Shown here piece by piece: positions 18,601 to 27,351 of a DNA stretch of 64,000 nt. The stretch covers positions 18,598 to 82,597 of IMG/VR virus record IMGVR_UViG_2636416120_000006. The stretch is one strand, 5' to 3'. The position numbers were made by a program, and so were the translations under genes. The DNA is from a virus. Lineage: Duplodnaviria; Caudoviricetes. The notes below the pieces were generated by a model. That model had not been told where the DNA came from, made no database searches, and saw nothing but the letters and a program-made list of their open reading frames with translations. Positions within the stretch are counted from its first letter, which is position 1; each line of letters starts with the position of its first letter.

Positions 18601-21435
18601 CAGGGGATTGTCGACCTGGAGCTGCCTTTGCTGGGCGCGATTGAGTTTGTCGAGTTCGACCTGGAGCTCGCGAATTGCGAGAATGGTCTGCCCCTGGATC
18701 TCCTTGCGGAAATTCTCAAGACGCTCCTGCACCTTGTCGAAGGTGTCCGCCGTTCCGTCGATGGAAAGCCCCAGGTCTCCGAACCGGTCGTTCAGCCGGG
18801 AGACCATGTTGCCGAGAGCGTCCTTGTCACCGCGGAGGGTTTTCTCCTGGCGGGACATCCGCTCGAGCTCTTCGTTGACGTTCTGGAGCGCTTTCTGATT
18901 GTCGTCGTACTTGGCCTTCGCCGACGCCAGGGAGGCTTGAATATGGTCGACCGCTTCCGCGGCCTCTTCACCCGCCGACTTCATGCTGCCTAGCCACGTC
19001 ACCAGGCCCATCACACCGATGACGGCAAGCGCGATCCATCCGGTCGGGCCGATGACAGCCGCCATCGTGGTGCCCAAGGTGGTGATGCCCGCGCGGAACG
19101 CTCCGAGCGCGGCGAGGGCGTTCGTGAAGTATGCGCCCACGCCGGCGACGGCGGCTCCGACACCCAGCAGACGGGCAAGGAGCGTGACGCCAAGCGCGGT
19201 CGTCAAACCAGCAGCGGCCACCCCAATGTAACCGAGCACAGGCCCGAGCCCGGTGAGAGATCCCGCCAACTCGTTGAAACCGGCCAGTGCCTTCTGAAGG
19301 ATCGACACGACGGGCGCGAAAGCCTCGGACGCCAACGCCGTGAAAACGGATGCCGTGTTCCGGGCGGTATTGGATAGGGCCTCCATCTGCTTCTGGTTCG
19401 CGTCGACAGCGGCGTTGGTTCCCACGATGCTGGCGAGAAGATCGTTGTAGATGTCCTTCTGGCCCTGGAGGGCCACGAAGGCAGCCGCGGCCCGGGTTTC
19501 CATGGACCGGAATGCCTCCGACACGCCGAAGCCCTTCTCGGTCAGCGTCTGAATGACAGGGTTGAGGCCACGGGTCTGGATGTCAATGTCGGCGAAGGTC
19601 AGGCCGAGCTTCTTCATCTCCGCCTGGAGCTTCTGGGTCGGGTTCATCAGATCGATGAACAGGGCTCGAAGACCGGTACCAATGGTCGAGCCCGACCGAA
19701 TGCCGGCATTCGCCAGCGAACCGACGTCGGCGACGAGCTCCTCGATCGGGATGTTGGCCTGAGCCGCCGTGTTGGCGACATATTGGATTGCCAGGCTGAG
19801 CTGCTCCGAGTTGAGCTTCGTCTGGTTGAGGGCCGCGGTGAACAGGTTGGCGAGGTTGAGGCTCTCACTTGCCCGCATGTTGAAGACGGACAGGGTCGAC
19901 GTCATCAGATCGGCGGAATCCTTGAACGCCGTCCCGGTTGCAGAGGCGAACAGCGCCACACCGCCGAGGGACTCCTTGATCTCCTCAACGGACTGACCCG
20001 CCTGGGCGAGGATCTTCGCCCCCTCAGCCGTCTCAGTGGAGAGGAACTTGGTCTTCGTCGAGACGTCGAGAATAACGGCACCCAGCAGCCCCATCTGCTC
20101 GTCGTTCGAGCCGGTGATCGCAGCCAGGTCGTGCATTGCCTCATCAAGGCTCACGACCGAACCAGAGAGCGCCGACACACCCTGCTGAGCCTTGCTCAGG
20201 ATGGCGTAGTTGAGCATCAGACCGCCCTGGAACCGGAAGAAGTCCGAAGCACCGCTTCCGAACACCATGTCGTTTCGGTAGGCGCTGGCCGTCTGGTTCC
20301 GCTCGGTGATCTTGGCTGGATCCCGCACGTCCCTGAGATTGAGCTTCTGGCGCTGATCGGTGAGCTGGTTAAGGACCCGGAGCTGTTCCCGCATTTCTGC
20401 GGTGGTCATCTGCTCGTTCTTCAGGCGATCGCGGACCTGACGGATCTGCAGATCGAGCTTCTGGCTGTCGTCAGGCGCGGCCGAGATCGCCTGACCGAAC
20501 CAGTCCTGACGCTTGTCGAAGGAGCTCGGCCCCGTGCCGCGCATCTGCCGGCGAGACTGGTTGTTGAGGTAGTTCTCGACGTTCCGGATCGTCGCTTCGG
20601 TGCGGCCATAGTAGAGGCCGGCGGCCTCGGCGACCTGCTTGAACTGGGAGATCTGGTCCTGCGCTGACTTCCGAGTGGCCTCGTCCAGGAGGTTCATCTG
20701 GGAGATCTGCGAGCGGAACGCCGAGATGTCACCGGTCAGTGCTGAACGTTGCAGGCCCACCTGGCTATTCGCCGCGGAGACGTTGCCGCGGGAAGACAGC
20801 AGGTTTCGACGTGCGGTGTCGTCCTGCTTCCGGAACTGGGTCTGGAGGTTGACCAGTTGGCGGAGTTCGTCCTGATACCGGTCCAGGGTGGCCTGGCGCG
20901 ACTTCGTCGCTCCCTTGGTCTCGATGTCACCCTTCTGCCTGATGATCTTCAGGATCTGGGCCTGGATAGCGAGCTCGGCCTGGCTGGCGTCGGTGACCGC
21001 CTTCAAGTCGGTTTTGCGACGGGCAGCGGTCACCGCTTCGGCAGAGGCACTCGCCTTCTGGAAGTCCCGGATCTGCTTCTGGACTTGTTCGATCTCGCGG
21101 GCAGCGAGGCCGGTACCGGTGAAGGCCTGGTCGATGCCCTGCCCCTGCAGCCGGGCCCGGTTCACCGTGGCGTTCGGGCTTCCGCTGCTCAAAGTCCGCG
21201 TGACGACGGACAGTTCGCGGAGAAGCTCCACCCGCTCCTTCAGGATTTGGTTGAACCGAGGGTTCTGGCTGGTGATCCCGTCCGCGTTGGTGGACCGACG
21301 CATCTGGCCGGTGAAGGCCTGAGTGACGTCCTCGATCTTCGCCGCCAGAAGCTCGAACGATTTCGCGAGCTTATCGACCTGAGCTGTCGAGTTCCCGGTG
21401 GTGACGTCAATGTTGTAGACGGTATCGTCGGCCAT
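15673..21435 (-). CDS. Tape measure protein (TP901-type core)
   Basis: 1920 aa, Ala/Gln-rich helical; LANAGIRSGSTIGTGLR motif; central hydrophobic region. Confidence 0.95.
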   Translation of the reverse strand: MADDTVYNIDVTTGNSTAQVDKLAKSFELLAAKIEDVTQAFTGQMRRSTNADGITSQNPRFNQILKERVELLRELSVVTRTLSSGSPNATVNRARLQGQGIDQAFTGTGLAAREIEQVQKQIRDFQKASASAEAVTAARRKTDLKAVTDASQAELAIQAQILKIIRQKGDIETKGATKSRQATLDRYQDELRQLVNLQTQFRKQDDTARRNLLSSRGNVSAANSQVGLQRSALTGDISAFRSQISQMNLLDEATRKSAQDQISQFKQVAEAAGLYYGRTEATIRNVENYLNNQSRRQMRGTGPSSFDKRQDWFGQAISAAPDDSQKLDLQIRQVRDRLKNEQMTTAEMREQLRVLNQLTDQRQKLNLRDVRDPAKITERNQTASAYRNDMVFGSGASDFFRFQGGLMLNYAILSKAQQGVSALSGSVVSLDEAMHDLAAITGSNDEQMGLLGAVILDVSTKTKFLSTETAEGAKILAQAGQSVEEIKESLGGVALFASATGTAFKDSADLMTSTLSVFNMRASESLNLANLFTAALNQTKLNSEQLSLAIQYVANTAAQANIPIEELVADVGSLANAGIRSGSTIGTGLRALFIDLMNPTQKLQAEMKKLGLTFADIDIQTRGLNPVIQTLTEKGFGVSEAFRSMETRAAAAFVALQGQKDIYNDLLASIVGTNAAVDANQKQMEALSNTARNTASVFTALASEAFAPVVSILQKALAGFNELAGSLTGLGPVLGYIGVAAAGLTTALGVTLLARLLGVGAAVAGVGAYFTNALAALGAFRAGITTLGTTMAAVIGPTGWIALAVIGVMGLVTWLGSMKSAGEEAAEAVDHIQASLASAKAKYDDNQKALQNVNEELERMSRQEKTLRGDKDALGNMVSRLNDRFGDLGLSIDGTADTFDKVQERLENFRKEIQGQTILAIRELQVELDKLNRAQQRQLQVDNPLLQGLRQGFSPRGFLGFGSNPFTGLDKEQQYLYSTGGRDAVITRQIEGLAGIGLPASVVQALRDSQRFREGLGSGDLQAMRNTTLQARSSLVDMLNNPEGLQKMADDLGMSVEDLTGAFENLLASMKAQSDKIAENLKTQKAQEDQKANERIERMSQNPYNPAFWLGRTAVGLNSAFRGVQSAAPMDSIDKNRYLQQNGNLLSLGMQGVSGLAGMLGPEFKEAVNRAANGALVEMETNISKAMEESAVASLEEWKTFLPEALKAAEGMVKMSQGGVQKALGTGGFQEALSAYRDSLQITLGTMTKEFVAKELGNDPTNVGFDLGKFAPTDVGPLSDQQAKQLAVFLSGQATDFMVQSAAAIAEQLKDKAGDATSPEEILELNKQASKAVNDLLLPLVEALKTLRDGATDPSIKQQIDSQLVGLMAARDSMVQGYTTTTTEALQTFNDRVNEAGQKVFQDMTQAASGLPTQVMSKAEREKWASTFQGILDAKKNALLREYLAALMTLPGMVEQKGFIKMLTPEGEKAFDFMNSMLTAQNNDDLKSFLNPKTKKYGGGGGRDRTNEKLLKPWEQWNDRQAEIDREYDRSTRDIQNPSRILDIALGANDFMKSYSSVERKALEMLKSQQEAAELPKVLQAEQARRDRLQELLTDFNKVNDDRLVELKKVYDDPKFDNAKRNSALSEYNKILSERRDIQDKLTESTNTLADAQEKYNVSVGQGTGSNMTLGQQLSAAVQQMAEEAGMLTSLTDQIGNEIPGTLDNVRGSFSTFLSDISANTKSVGAAFRDMASSIIQSLLKIASEKAATGILGSLLGLLGGGADGITNLGKGVSAMDFYTDPAGGGGGGFGGFLSSIGSWLGFNGGGMIRAAMGKHIKTRDAVPVWARDGEFILRNSAVSAIGADNLKAINAMGNSRISQSAPPVFQPANQNGGKVNVYVVAPDQKPSLGPNDIIATINDDILKGGSTKKLIKQINMGTI

Positions 21436-21442
21436 TCAAACT

Positions 21443-21805
21443 CTACCCTCCCAGCACTCGAGCAAGCGCCAATTGGGCTTCCTGAACGCTGTTGTACTGC
21501 GGCGCCTCGGTCTTCTTTTTCTTCCCTCCCAGTGCAGCAGACACCACGCTGGCGAAGGTCTCGTATTGCTGGACCACCTGTGCGGCATGGAAGCCGTAGG
21601 TGATCTTGGTGAGCGTCCGCAGGTCTCGAAGAGAATGGCTCCAGTAGACTTCGGAGATGGAGCTCGGCTTACACTTCAAGACCCAGCAGACCGACTCCTC
21701 AAAACTCAGGCCTGTGAACCAGTTTCGGAAGGCGACAAGCTCTTGAGTCTCGGCGCGATCGCCTCGGCTGTCGCCTTTGCCTTCTCGATCTGCCTGATAA
21801 AAAAA
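21443..21805 (-). CDS. Tail assembly chaperone GT extension (reached by -1 frameshift)
   Basis: The -1 frame is open from slippery T TTT TTT (21799-21805) to the stop at 21443. Confidence 0.8.
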   Translation of the reverse strand, partial: FFYQADREGKGDSRGDRAETQELVAFRNWFTGLSFEESVCWVLKCKPSSISEVYWSHSLRDLRTLTKITYGFHAAQVVQQYETFASVVSAALGGKKKKTEAPQYNSVQEAQLALARVLGG

Positions 21806-22086
21806 TCGAGGCAGTGATCCGACACCCAGTCGAGAATGGCGATGCCGTCGTCGATCGACATGTCGTAGTTGTCCAGGTCGAAGTTTTCGTCCTCGACCAG
21901 ACCGCTCTTACCCCGCTTGACGAGGACCTCCTTGAGGATCACGTCACGAACCACCGGATCCATCTCGGCCGAGGAGACCCCGTTGATCTCACCGACGATC
22001 GCCACAAGTCGATTGAGAAGAGCGAAGGACATGAACAGCTCGTGTGGCTGTCCATTGATCGTAACGAGGAGCTTATCGCTTGGCAT
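21706..22086 (-). CDS. Tail assembly chaperone G
   Basis: Between major tail and tape measure genes; contains GAT TTT TTT slippery site. Confidence 0.8.
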   Translation of the reverse strand: MPSDKLLVTINGQPHELFMSFALLNRLVAIVGEINGVSSAEMDPVVRDVILKEVLVKRGKSGLVEDENFDLDNYDMSIDDGIAILDWVSDHCLDFFIRQIEKAKATAEAIAPRLKSLSPSETGSQA

Positions 22087-22103
22087 TGATTGGGAACCCC
22101 AAT

Positions 22104-22134
22104 GAAAAACTCCCGGAGTATTACCCCGGGAGTT
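22104..22134 (-). terminator. Rho-independent terminator after major tail gene
   Basis: AACTCCCGG/CCGGGAGTT stem followed by T-run on the minus strand. Confidence 0.65.
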
Positions 22135-22151
22135 ATCTAATACAAGGGTTA

Positions 22152-22928
22152 TTACGCCCTCGAGAACAGCTTCGCCTGGGCGTTCTGGAATTCGGAGTAG
22201 TTCGGATCCGTCGACACCAGATTGTACAGCGTGAACTCGATCGGCATGTTGCCGAAATCGGAGCTCGTGAAGGCCAGGCTGAAGCCCGCGGTCACGCGGA
22301 TCTTCGGCAGCAGGAGGGTGATCTCCTTGCCGTTCGCGATCGTGCCGACGACCTTGGCCGATAGGTACGGCTGATCGGCCAGCGAACCGATATCGACCAC
22401 GTTCACCTTCGACACGCGGGCGCCGACGGCGATGTTCTGCTTGATCCCCGGCGAAACGGTCAGCACGTTCGAAGCGACGGACGACACCTTGCGGATCGTG
22501 ACCTGGTCGTCGTTGCCGACCTGGATCATGATGTAGCTGCCGGCGGTGATGCCGGTAGCCGACGTCACGGTGACCTCGTCTTCCGGAGCCACGTCGGTGC
22601 CGGCGATGACGGCCGAGGTCGTGGTCTCGGTCGTGATCGGAGCCAGCGTGGACCCCTCCAGCCCCAGCGCGTAGGAGATGTTCTTCGAGGTGTATTCATA
22701 GGCCTCCATCGTTGCGCTGACGGTATTGCCGGTCATCACACTCGCGACGTTCTGGTTCTTCACGCCCTGGGTCAGGTTGGTGTAGGTCGGCTGGCTGGTG
22801 ATCGTGAAGTTCTTCACCAGTCCAATCGAGTGGTCGGTCGCGTTCAGATCGAAGAGCGCATCCTGCGCGCCAATCATGACCGTCGCGGTTCCGAGCATAA
22901 AGTTGTCAGTACGGGCTTCACCGGCCAT
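22152..22928 (-). CDS. Major tail tube protein
   Basis: Thr/Val-rich, strong codon bias, position, own terminator. Confidence 0.8.
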   Translation of the reverse strand: MAGEARTDNFMLGTATVMIGAQDALFDLNATDHSIGLVKNFTITSQPTYTNLTQGVKNQNVASVMTGNTVSATMEAYEYTSKNISYALGLEGSTLAPITTETTTSAVIAGTDVAPEDEVTVTSATGITAGSYIMIQVGNDDQVTIRKVSSVASNVLTVSPGIKQNIAVGARVSKVNVVDIGSLADQPYLSAKVVGTIANGKEITLLLPKIRVTAGFSLAFTSSDFGNMPIEFTLYNLVSTDPNYSEFQNAQAKLFSRA

Positions 22929-23017
22929 TAATCGGCACTCCTAAAAGAGAAAGCACTTGCTGTTCTCTTTTAGTCGTGACATAACTTGGATTCTAAGAAT
23001 CTATGGGACTCTTACCA

Positions 23018-23215
23018 ATGGAACCGGTTCGTCAATTCACTCTTAGACTTCCTCAGTCTCTATTTGATCAGGTGAAGGATAGAGCAACCGTGAATCGAAG
23101 GGACGTGAATAAGGAAATTACCTACATCGTTGAGAGCTACATTGACGAGCAAGCTCGGAAGGACATCGAGCTCATGCGCCAAATGCACGATCGGTTCCAA
23201 GCGAAAGTCCAATAA
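23018..23215 (+). CDS. Arc-like RHH repressor
   Basis: QFTLRLPQSLFDQVKDRATVNRRDVNKEI Arc-family pattern. Confidence 0.75.
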   Translation: MEPVRQFTLRLPQSLFDQVKDRATVNRRDVNKEITYIVESYIDEQARKDIELMRQMHDRFQAKVQ

Positions 23216-23609
23216 ACTTCACCGGACGGGTCTCCGTCCGGGCGACCGGAAGAACAACCACGGGGCTCTTCACCTTCATCATTCCCATTGGGGCTCCGTT
23301 GCCGGCGTCCAGGAACGGAAACATTTTGTCCGGCTGCAGCTTGGTGAAGAGGCGACTGATCAGCTTGTCGAGACGAACGATGTTCGTGTCGTTGAGTGTG
23401 CTGATCCCAATCAGGGTCTCGATCTCCAGGATGCCGACGTTGACTTCGACCTGAAACTCGGCAGGCCCGATTACGTCGTTATTGGGCCAGCTGTTGGTCT
23501 CGGCGTGGGCATCGAATTTGAATACGGCCATGCCGCCGCCGGTTTCGGTAGCGAAATTCTTACAAATATTGAGCACGGACGCCTGTGCGCTTTCATACAG
23601 GTCGGTCAT
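23172..23609 (-). CDS. Tail terminator/completion protein (putative)
   Basis: Synteny upstream of the major tail gene. Confidence 0.5.
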   Translation of the reverse strand: MTDLYESAQASVLNICKNFATETGGGMAVFKFDAHAETNSWPNNDVIGPAEFQVEVNVGILEIETLIGISTLNDTNIVRLDKLISRLFTKLQPDKMFPFLDAGNGAPMGMMKVKSPVVVLPVARTETRPVKFIGLSLGTDRAFGA

Positions 23610-24211
23610 TGCAGCACCTCATCGATGATTTTCTTCAGCCGCACCCTCGTCCACCAGCGCATGTAGGGCCCGAGAATGCTGCGGTTCCGCTGACCTCTCC
23701 AATTGGTCAGGCGGTAGGCAGCGAGCCTCGAGGGCAGCGTCCCCTCCGGATCGTTGTCGGCAATCCGCTGGAGCCCGGTAAGGCGGAGCGTGACGCGATA
23801 ACCCTGTCGGAGTTCCTTGGTCCCGTTGTCGAGCGTGAATGGAGCCCGTGTGCCTTGGAAGTTGGTCTGGACGGCGACGGTGCCGAGGAAGGTCGTCGCG
23901 TTCATATGATCGAGGGCCTGCTTCAGCTTGCCCTCATACCGATAGAAGCCCGGATTGCGTCGCTTCTGCTTTCGGCGGAGGTATCGTTCCGTCAGGGGAC
24001 GCCAACGAGGCACCGGCACGCCATCCAGCGACGGCTGCCCGCTCGAACCGATGATCTTCGACGACAAAACCCGGAAGAAGTCCTTGTTGGCCTTCTCCAC
24101 GGCGATCGCCGCCTGCAGCCCGATTAGGGTCGCCATGTCACGGGTGTGCTCGAGCACCCGGCTGAACACGTTGCCGAAATTGCCTCGCTGAGTGAGCTTG
24201 GCGCGGATCAC
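23606..24211 (-). CDS. Neck/tail completion protein (putative)
   Basis: GTG start overlapping the upstream stop; basic; WRPLTERY. Confidence 0.5.
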   Translation of the reverse strand: MIRAKLTQRGNFGNVFSRVLEHTRDMATLIGLQAAIAVEKANKDFFRVLSSKIIGSSGQPSLDGVPVPRWRPLTERYLRRKQKRRNPGFYRYEGKLKQALDHMNATTFLGTVAVQTNFQGTRAPFTLDNGTKELRQGYRVTLRLTGLQRIADNDPEGTLPSRLAAYRLTNWRGQRNRSILGPYMRWWTRVRLKKIIDEVLQ

Positions 24212-24711
24212 TTCACGAGCGCCTGGCAGACACCGTAGGCGAAGAAGACCTCGACCACGGTGTAGTCCCCCAACTTGTCGTTGACCTGGAGAGTCACCGG
24301 TGTGGTCACCGTATACCGACGCTCGTCGATATGAGTGATGTCGGTGATCAGATCCTGCTTCTCGATGTGAACCCAAACATCACCGAGAGCGACCGGAACG
24401 GTGTCGGTCTCGAGCCCGGTCACCGGATCCACGATCTTCTGCATGCGGCTCCAGGCCAGCTTGCGGTCGACCTCGACCAGCTCGAACAGCCGGTAGATTG
24501 TGGTGGCGAGATCACTCTCCCCTCTCGACAGGACCAGGTAATGGCGGCCGACCTCGGTGCCGAACACGTTCCCCGCGGCGACCATTGAGGCCGGATCGAC
24601 CTTGAGGAAGACCTTGTCCGGCGCCGGGCTGGTGAGCTCGCCGAGGAACCGCAGCCCGTCGTCTCGAACGAAGGTGCTGCGGTAGCGCTTCATCACGTTC
24701 TTCAGGCGCAT
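24208..24711 (-). CDS. Head closure/adaptor protein (putative)
   Basis: Synteny; VDPVTG motif. Confidence 0.5.
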   Translation of the reverse strand: MRLKNVMKRYRSTFVRDDGLRFLGELTSPAPDKVFLKVDPASMVAAGNVFGTEVGRHYLVLSRGESDLATTIYRLFELVEVDRKLAWSRMQKIVDPVTGLETDTVPVALGDVWVHIEKQDLITDITHIDERRYTVTTPVTLQVNDKLGDYTVVEVFFAYGVCQALVK

Positions 24712-24713
24712 GG

Positions 24714-25400
24714 TTACACCCCTGTGAACACGTCGGCCGGGGTCGAGAGCAGGAAGTAGGAGCGGTCGCCGGTGCTGTCACCGGGCACCAGGTCGTCGAT
24801 GATATCGTTGTAGGCGGAGGTGGCGGTGTCGATCAGCGCCCGGAAGTCGATGTCGGCGAAGCGCTGGAAGCTGGATTGGTCCGACTTCTCGATCTGGTTC
24901 ACCCGCAGCTTCAGGGCCTCGGCGCTGAAGCTCATGATCGACCGGTACAGGACAGCGTTATTGGCCTGCAGCAGGATGTGAGCGTCGGCGCTGGCCAGCG
25001 CCGTGCGGATCTCTTCCGGAACAGCGTAGTACGCGCCGAGGAGATCGATGTCCCCATCGGCCAGCTCGTCGGCGGAGAAGCCGAGGAAAGCACGAACCTC
25101 GTCGGGCCCGACCAACAGCGGAGGCTCGTCGACGAGGAGGTAGGTCTGCCTCTGGCTGTAGCCGAAGCCGGCATAGGTGAAGGAGACAGTTATCGTCCGC
25201 TTCTCGACCGCATCGGTCTTGGCGTTCTCGGACGCCGGCACGGTGACGGTGACGAAGGTGGTCGTGGCATCCGTGCCGATCGGCGTGGAGGTTCCGTTTA
25301 GGCTCCAGACCACCGACCCGATCTCGGGCACGACGAATTCCCCGCCGACCATCAGGTCGAACCGCAGCGTGACGTTCTGGTCAGCGGGGAAGCGCTTCAT
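24714..25400 (-). CDS. Head-tail connector protein (putative)
   Basis: Synteny; PDEVRAFLG..DEL adaptor-like motif. Confidence 0.55.
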   Translation of the reverse strand: MKRFPADQNVTLRFDLMVGGEFVVPEIGSVVWSLNGTSTPIGTDATTTFVTVTVPASENAKTDAVEKRTITVSFTYAGFGYSQRQTYLLVDEPPLLVGPDEVRAFLGFSADELADGDIDLLGAYYAVPEEIRTALASADAHILLQANNAVLYRSIMSFSAEALKLRVNQIEKSDQSSFQRFADIDFRALIDTATSAYNDIIDDLVPGDSTGDRSYFLLSTPADVFTGV

Positions 25401-25699
25401 TTGGAACGGCCTCGAGCCTTGGGTGCAGGAGCGGGCGTCGGCGCCGGTGCTTCGGCCTCAGGCGCAAACGATGCCACGTAGGCCTCGATCGCAATCTCCG
25501 GAGCCTCCTCCCAGTACTTGGCGAAGTCGGCGTCGTTGGCCGCTTCGGGGAGGTCGGTTCTGAGGATCTCGACCTGTTGGGTTGCACAACGGTCGTTGAT
25601 GAAACGGGTGTTGCGAACGACCGAAGGGCGCCGGCGCTGAATGATCTGACCAGCCGGGTCGTAGAGCGTGAACGGGCCGGTGGTTTTCACAATGAGCAT
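25397..25699 (-). CDS. Hypothetical virion protein
   Basis: Follows the major capsid gene; Pro/Ala tail. Confidence 0.55.
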   Translation of the reverse strand: MLIVKTTGPFTLYDPAGQIIQRRRPSVVRNTRFINDRCATQQVEILRTDLPEAANDADFAKYWEEAPEIAIEAYVASFAPEAEAPAPTPAPAPKARGRSK

Positions 25700-25707
25700 G
25701 AGCAGTT

Positions 25708-25727
25708 CGGGGGGCCGGAGCCCCCCG
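25708..25727 (-). terminator. GC hairpin after major capsid gene
   Basis: CGGGGGGC-CGGA-GCCCCCCG; weak U-tract. Confidence 0.45.
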
Positions 25728-25735
25728 TCCCTTCG

Positions 25736-26929
25736 TTAGGCGCTGTAGTCGAAGACCTCGCGGGTTCCCGGGAAGACGATCCGGTAGCCCGAGTTCTGGG
25801 TCCGGTAGACGTCGACCGTCTGGTTCTGCACCGAGCGCTCCGACTCCTGGATCAGCGAGCCGCTCTCGATCAGCTCCTCCAGGGTATCGCCGCGGCTGAA
25901 GCCGACCAGCTTGTTGGCGGGCGCCGTGGTGGAGAGCACGAAGTCCACCGTGCCGGTCAGCATCGGCACGCCCTGCATCCGGAAGCCGGTGGCGGCCAGG
26001 TTCTCGGCATCCGTGCGGGTGTTGTTGCTGGTCGGTACCGCGAACAGCATCAGCCACTGCAGGTAGGAGTCGTAGTTGCCGACCACGGTGTCGATCGGGT
26101 AACCTGTCTTGGCCCGTGCCACCAGCCACGCCAGCAGGTGCTTGTAGCTCAGCAGGCCGTTGGTGGCATTGCCGATCAGGGTGCTGTTGAACGAGGACTG
26201 GTCCACCTCGGTCGCAGCCGCGTTCAGGCCGTCGCCGTTCAGCAGGACGCTGGTGGCCCATTTGACCTTGCTGATATCCGCCTGGCGCAGGGCCCGGTTG
26301 ATATAGGGGGTCATGATGTCCAGCGACACCCGGCGATTGAACTCGTAGGTGGTCCGGAAGCCGACGCCGTGCTTGTAGAACTTCACGGTCTTCTCGGAGG
26401 CACGGATCGACCACACCGGGATGCGGGCGCCTTCGGCGATCTCGCGGGTGATGTCATAGTCACCGGCGGCGTCATCGACCACGGTCGACAGCAGCTCGAT
26501 ACCCGAAATGGTCCGGGAGCCGGCCAGCATCGGAGCGACCTGCTCGAAGTTGGTCTGCTTGTACTTCCACTGGACCACATCGTCGATGACCTCCGGGAAG
26601 AGCGCACGCACTCCCGGGAAGGTCTGGAAGGTCTCCGCCGCGGCCTGCAGGAACACCCCCTGCTTCAGGTCGTCCTTGACCGGCAGGCCGAGGTGGGCCA
26701 GGGCGGCCTCATAGCCGCTCAGGCCGGAAGCCTTGATGCCTTCGTCGGCCGACAGCCGAGGGTCGATCTTGACCGTCAGGTAGTCGCGCAGGTTGAGGCC
26801 GAAACTGGAGGCCTCCGCGACGAGCTTCAGCCCAGCTTCCTTGGAAGCGTGGGGGCTGTCCGAGCGCAGCGAGCCGAGGAACTCGACGCCTTCCCGCTTG
26901 ATCTCGGTGAGGGAACGGATATGCGACAT
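25736..26929 (-). CDS. Major capsid protein
   Basis: 397 aa, high codon bias, IAEGARIP...KHG...TYE and LLNGDG HK97-like motifs; synteny. Confidence 0.85.
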   Translation of the reverse strand: MSHIRSLTEIKREGVEFLGSLRSDSPHASKEAGLKLVAEASSFGLNLRDYLTVKIDPRLSADEGIKASGLSGYEAALAHLGLPVKDDLKQGVFLQAAAETFQTFPGVRALFPEVIDDVVQWKYKQTNFEQVAPMLAGSRTISGIELLSTVVDDAAGDYDITREIAEGARIPVWSIRASEKTVKFYKHGVGFRTTYEFNRRVSLDIMTPYINRALRQADISKVKWATSVLLNGDGLNAAATEVDQSSFNSTLIGNATNGLLSYKHLLAWLVARAKTGYPIDTVVGNYDSYLQWLMLFAVPTSNNTRTDAENLAATGFRMQGVPMLTGTVDFVLSTTAPANKLVGFSRGDTLEELIESGSLIQESERSVQNQTVDVYRTQNSGYRIVFPGTREVFDYSA

Positions 26930-26943
26930 AGTTCAGGGGCTCC

Positions 26944-27339
26944 TTACTGCTTGAGCACGACGGCAAAGCCGGTGCCGACTTCGACGACGATGGGCATGGT
27001 GTCCGCCTCCGTGGTGGCCTTCTTGACCACGCCGGCGGTGGCGCTGCCGGTGATGCGATCGCCGATGGCGATGGCTCCGGTCGTCGGCAGCTTGTCGATG
27101 AACTTCAGCGCGACGGTGCCGACCAGGCCACCGGAAGCGCTGCGGTTCTCGACCACCTCGAGGCGGCCCAGGACGAACTCATCCGCGACAGCCAGCTTGA
27201 CCTGGTTGGGGGCCGACTCATCGAGCGAGACGGCCTTACCGATGTCGGCGGCGGTGATGCCCGCTGCCAGATTGAAGGTCAGGTTCCAGTCATTGAACTT
27301 GAAGCCGCGAAGGCTGACCCCAAAAGAAACCGACGCCAT
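26944..27339 (-). CDS. Capsid decoration/cement protein
   Basis: Small Gly/Ala/Val-rich gene between protease and capsid genes. Confidence 0.65.
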   Translation of the reverse strand: MASVSFGVSLRGFKFNDWNLTFNLAAGITAADIGKAVSLDESAPNQVKLAVADEFVLGRLEVVENRSASGGLVGTVALKFIDKLPTTGAIAIGDRITGSATAGVVKKATTEADTMPIVVEVGTGFAVVLKQ

Positions 27340-27351
27340 GATTGATCCTCC

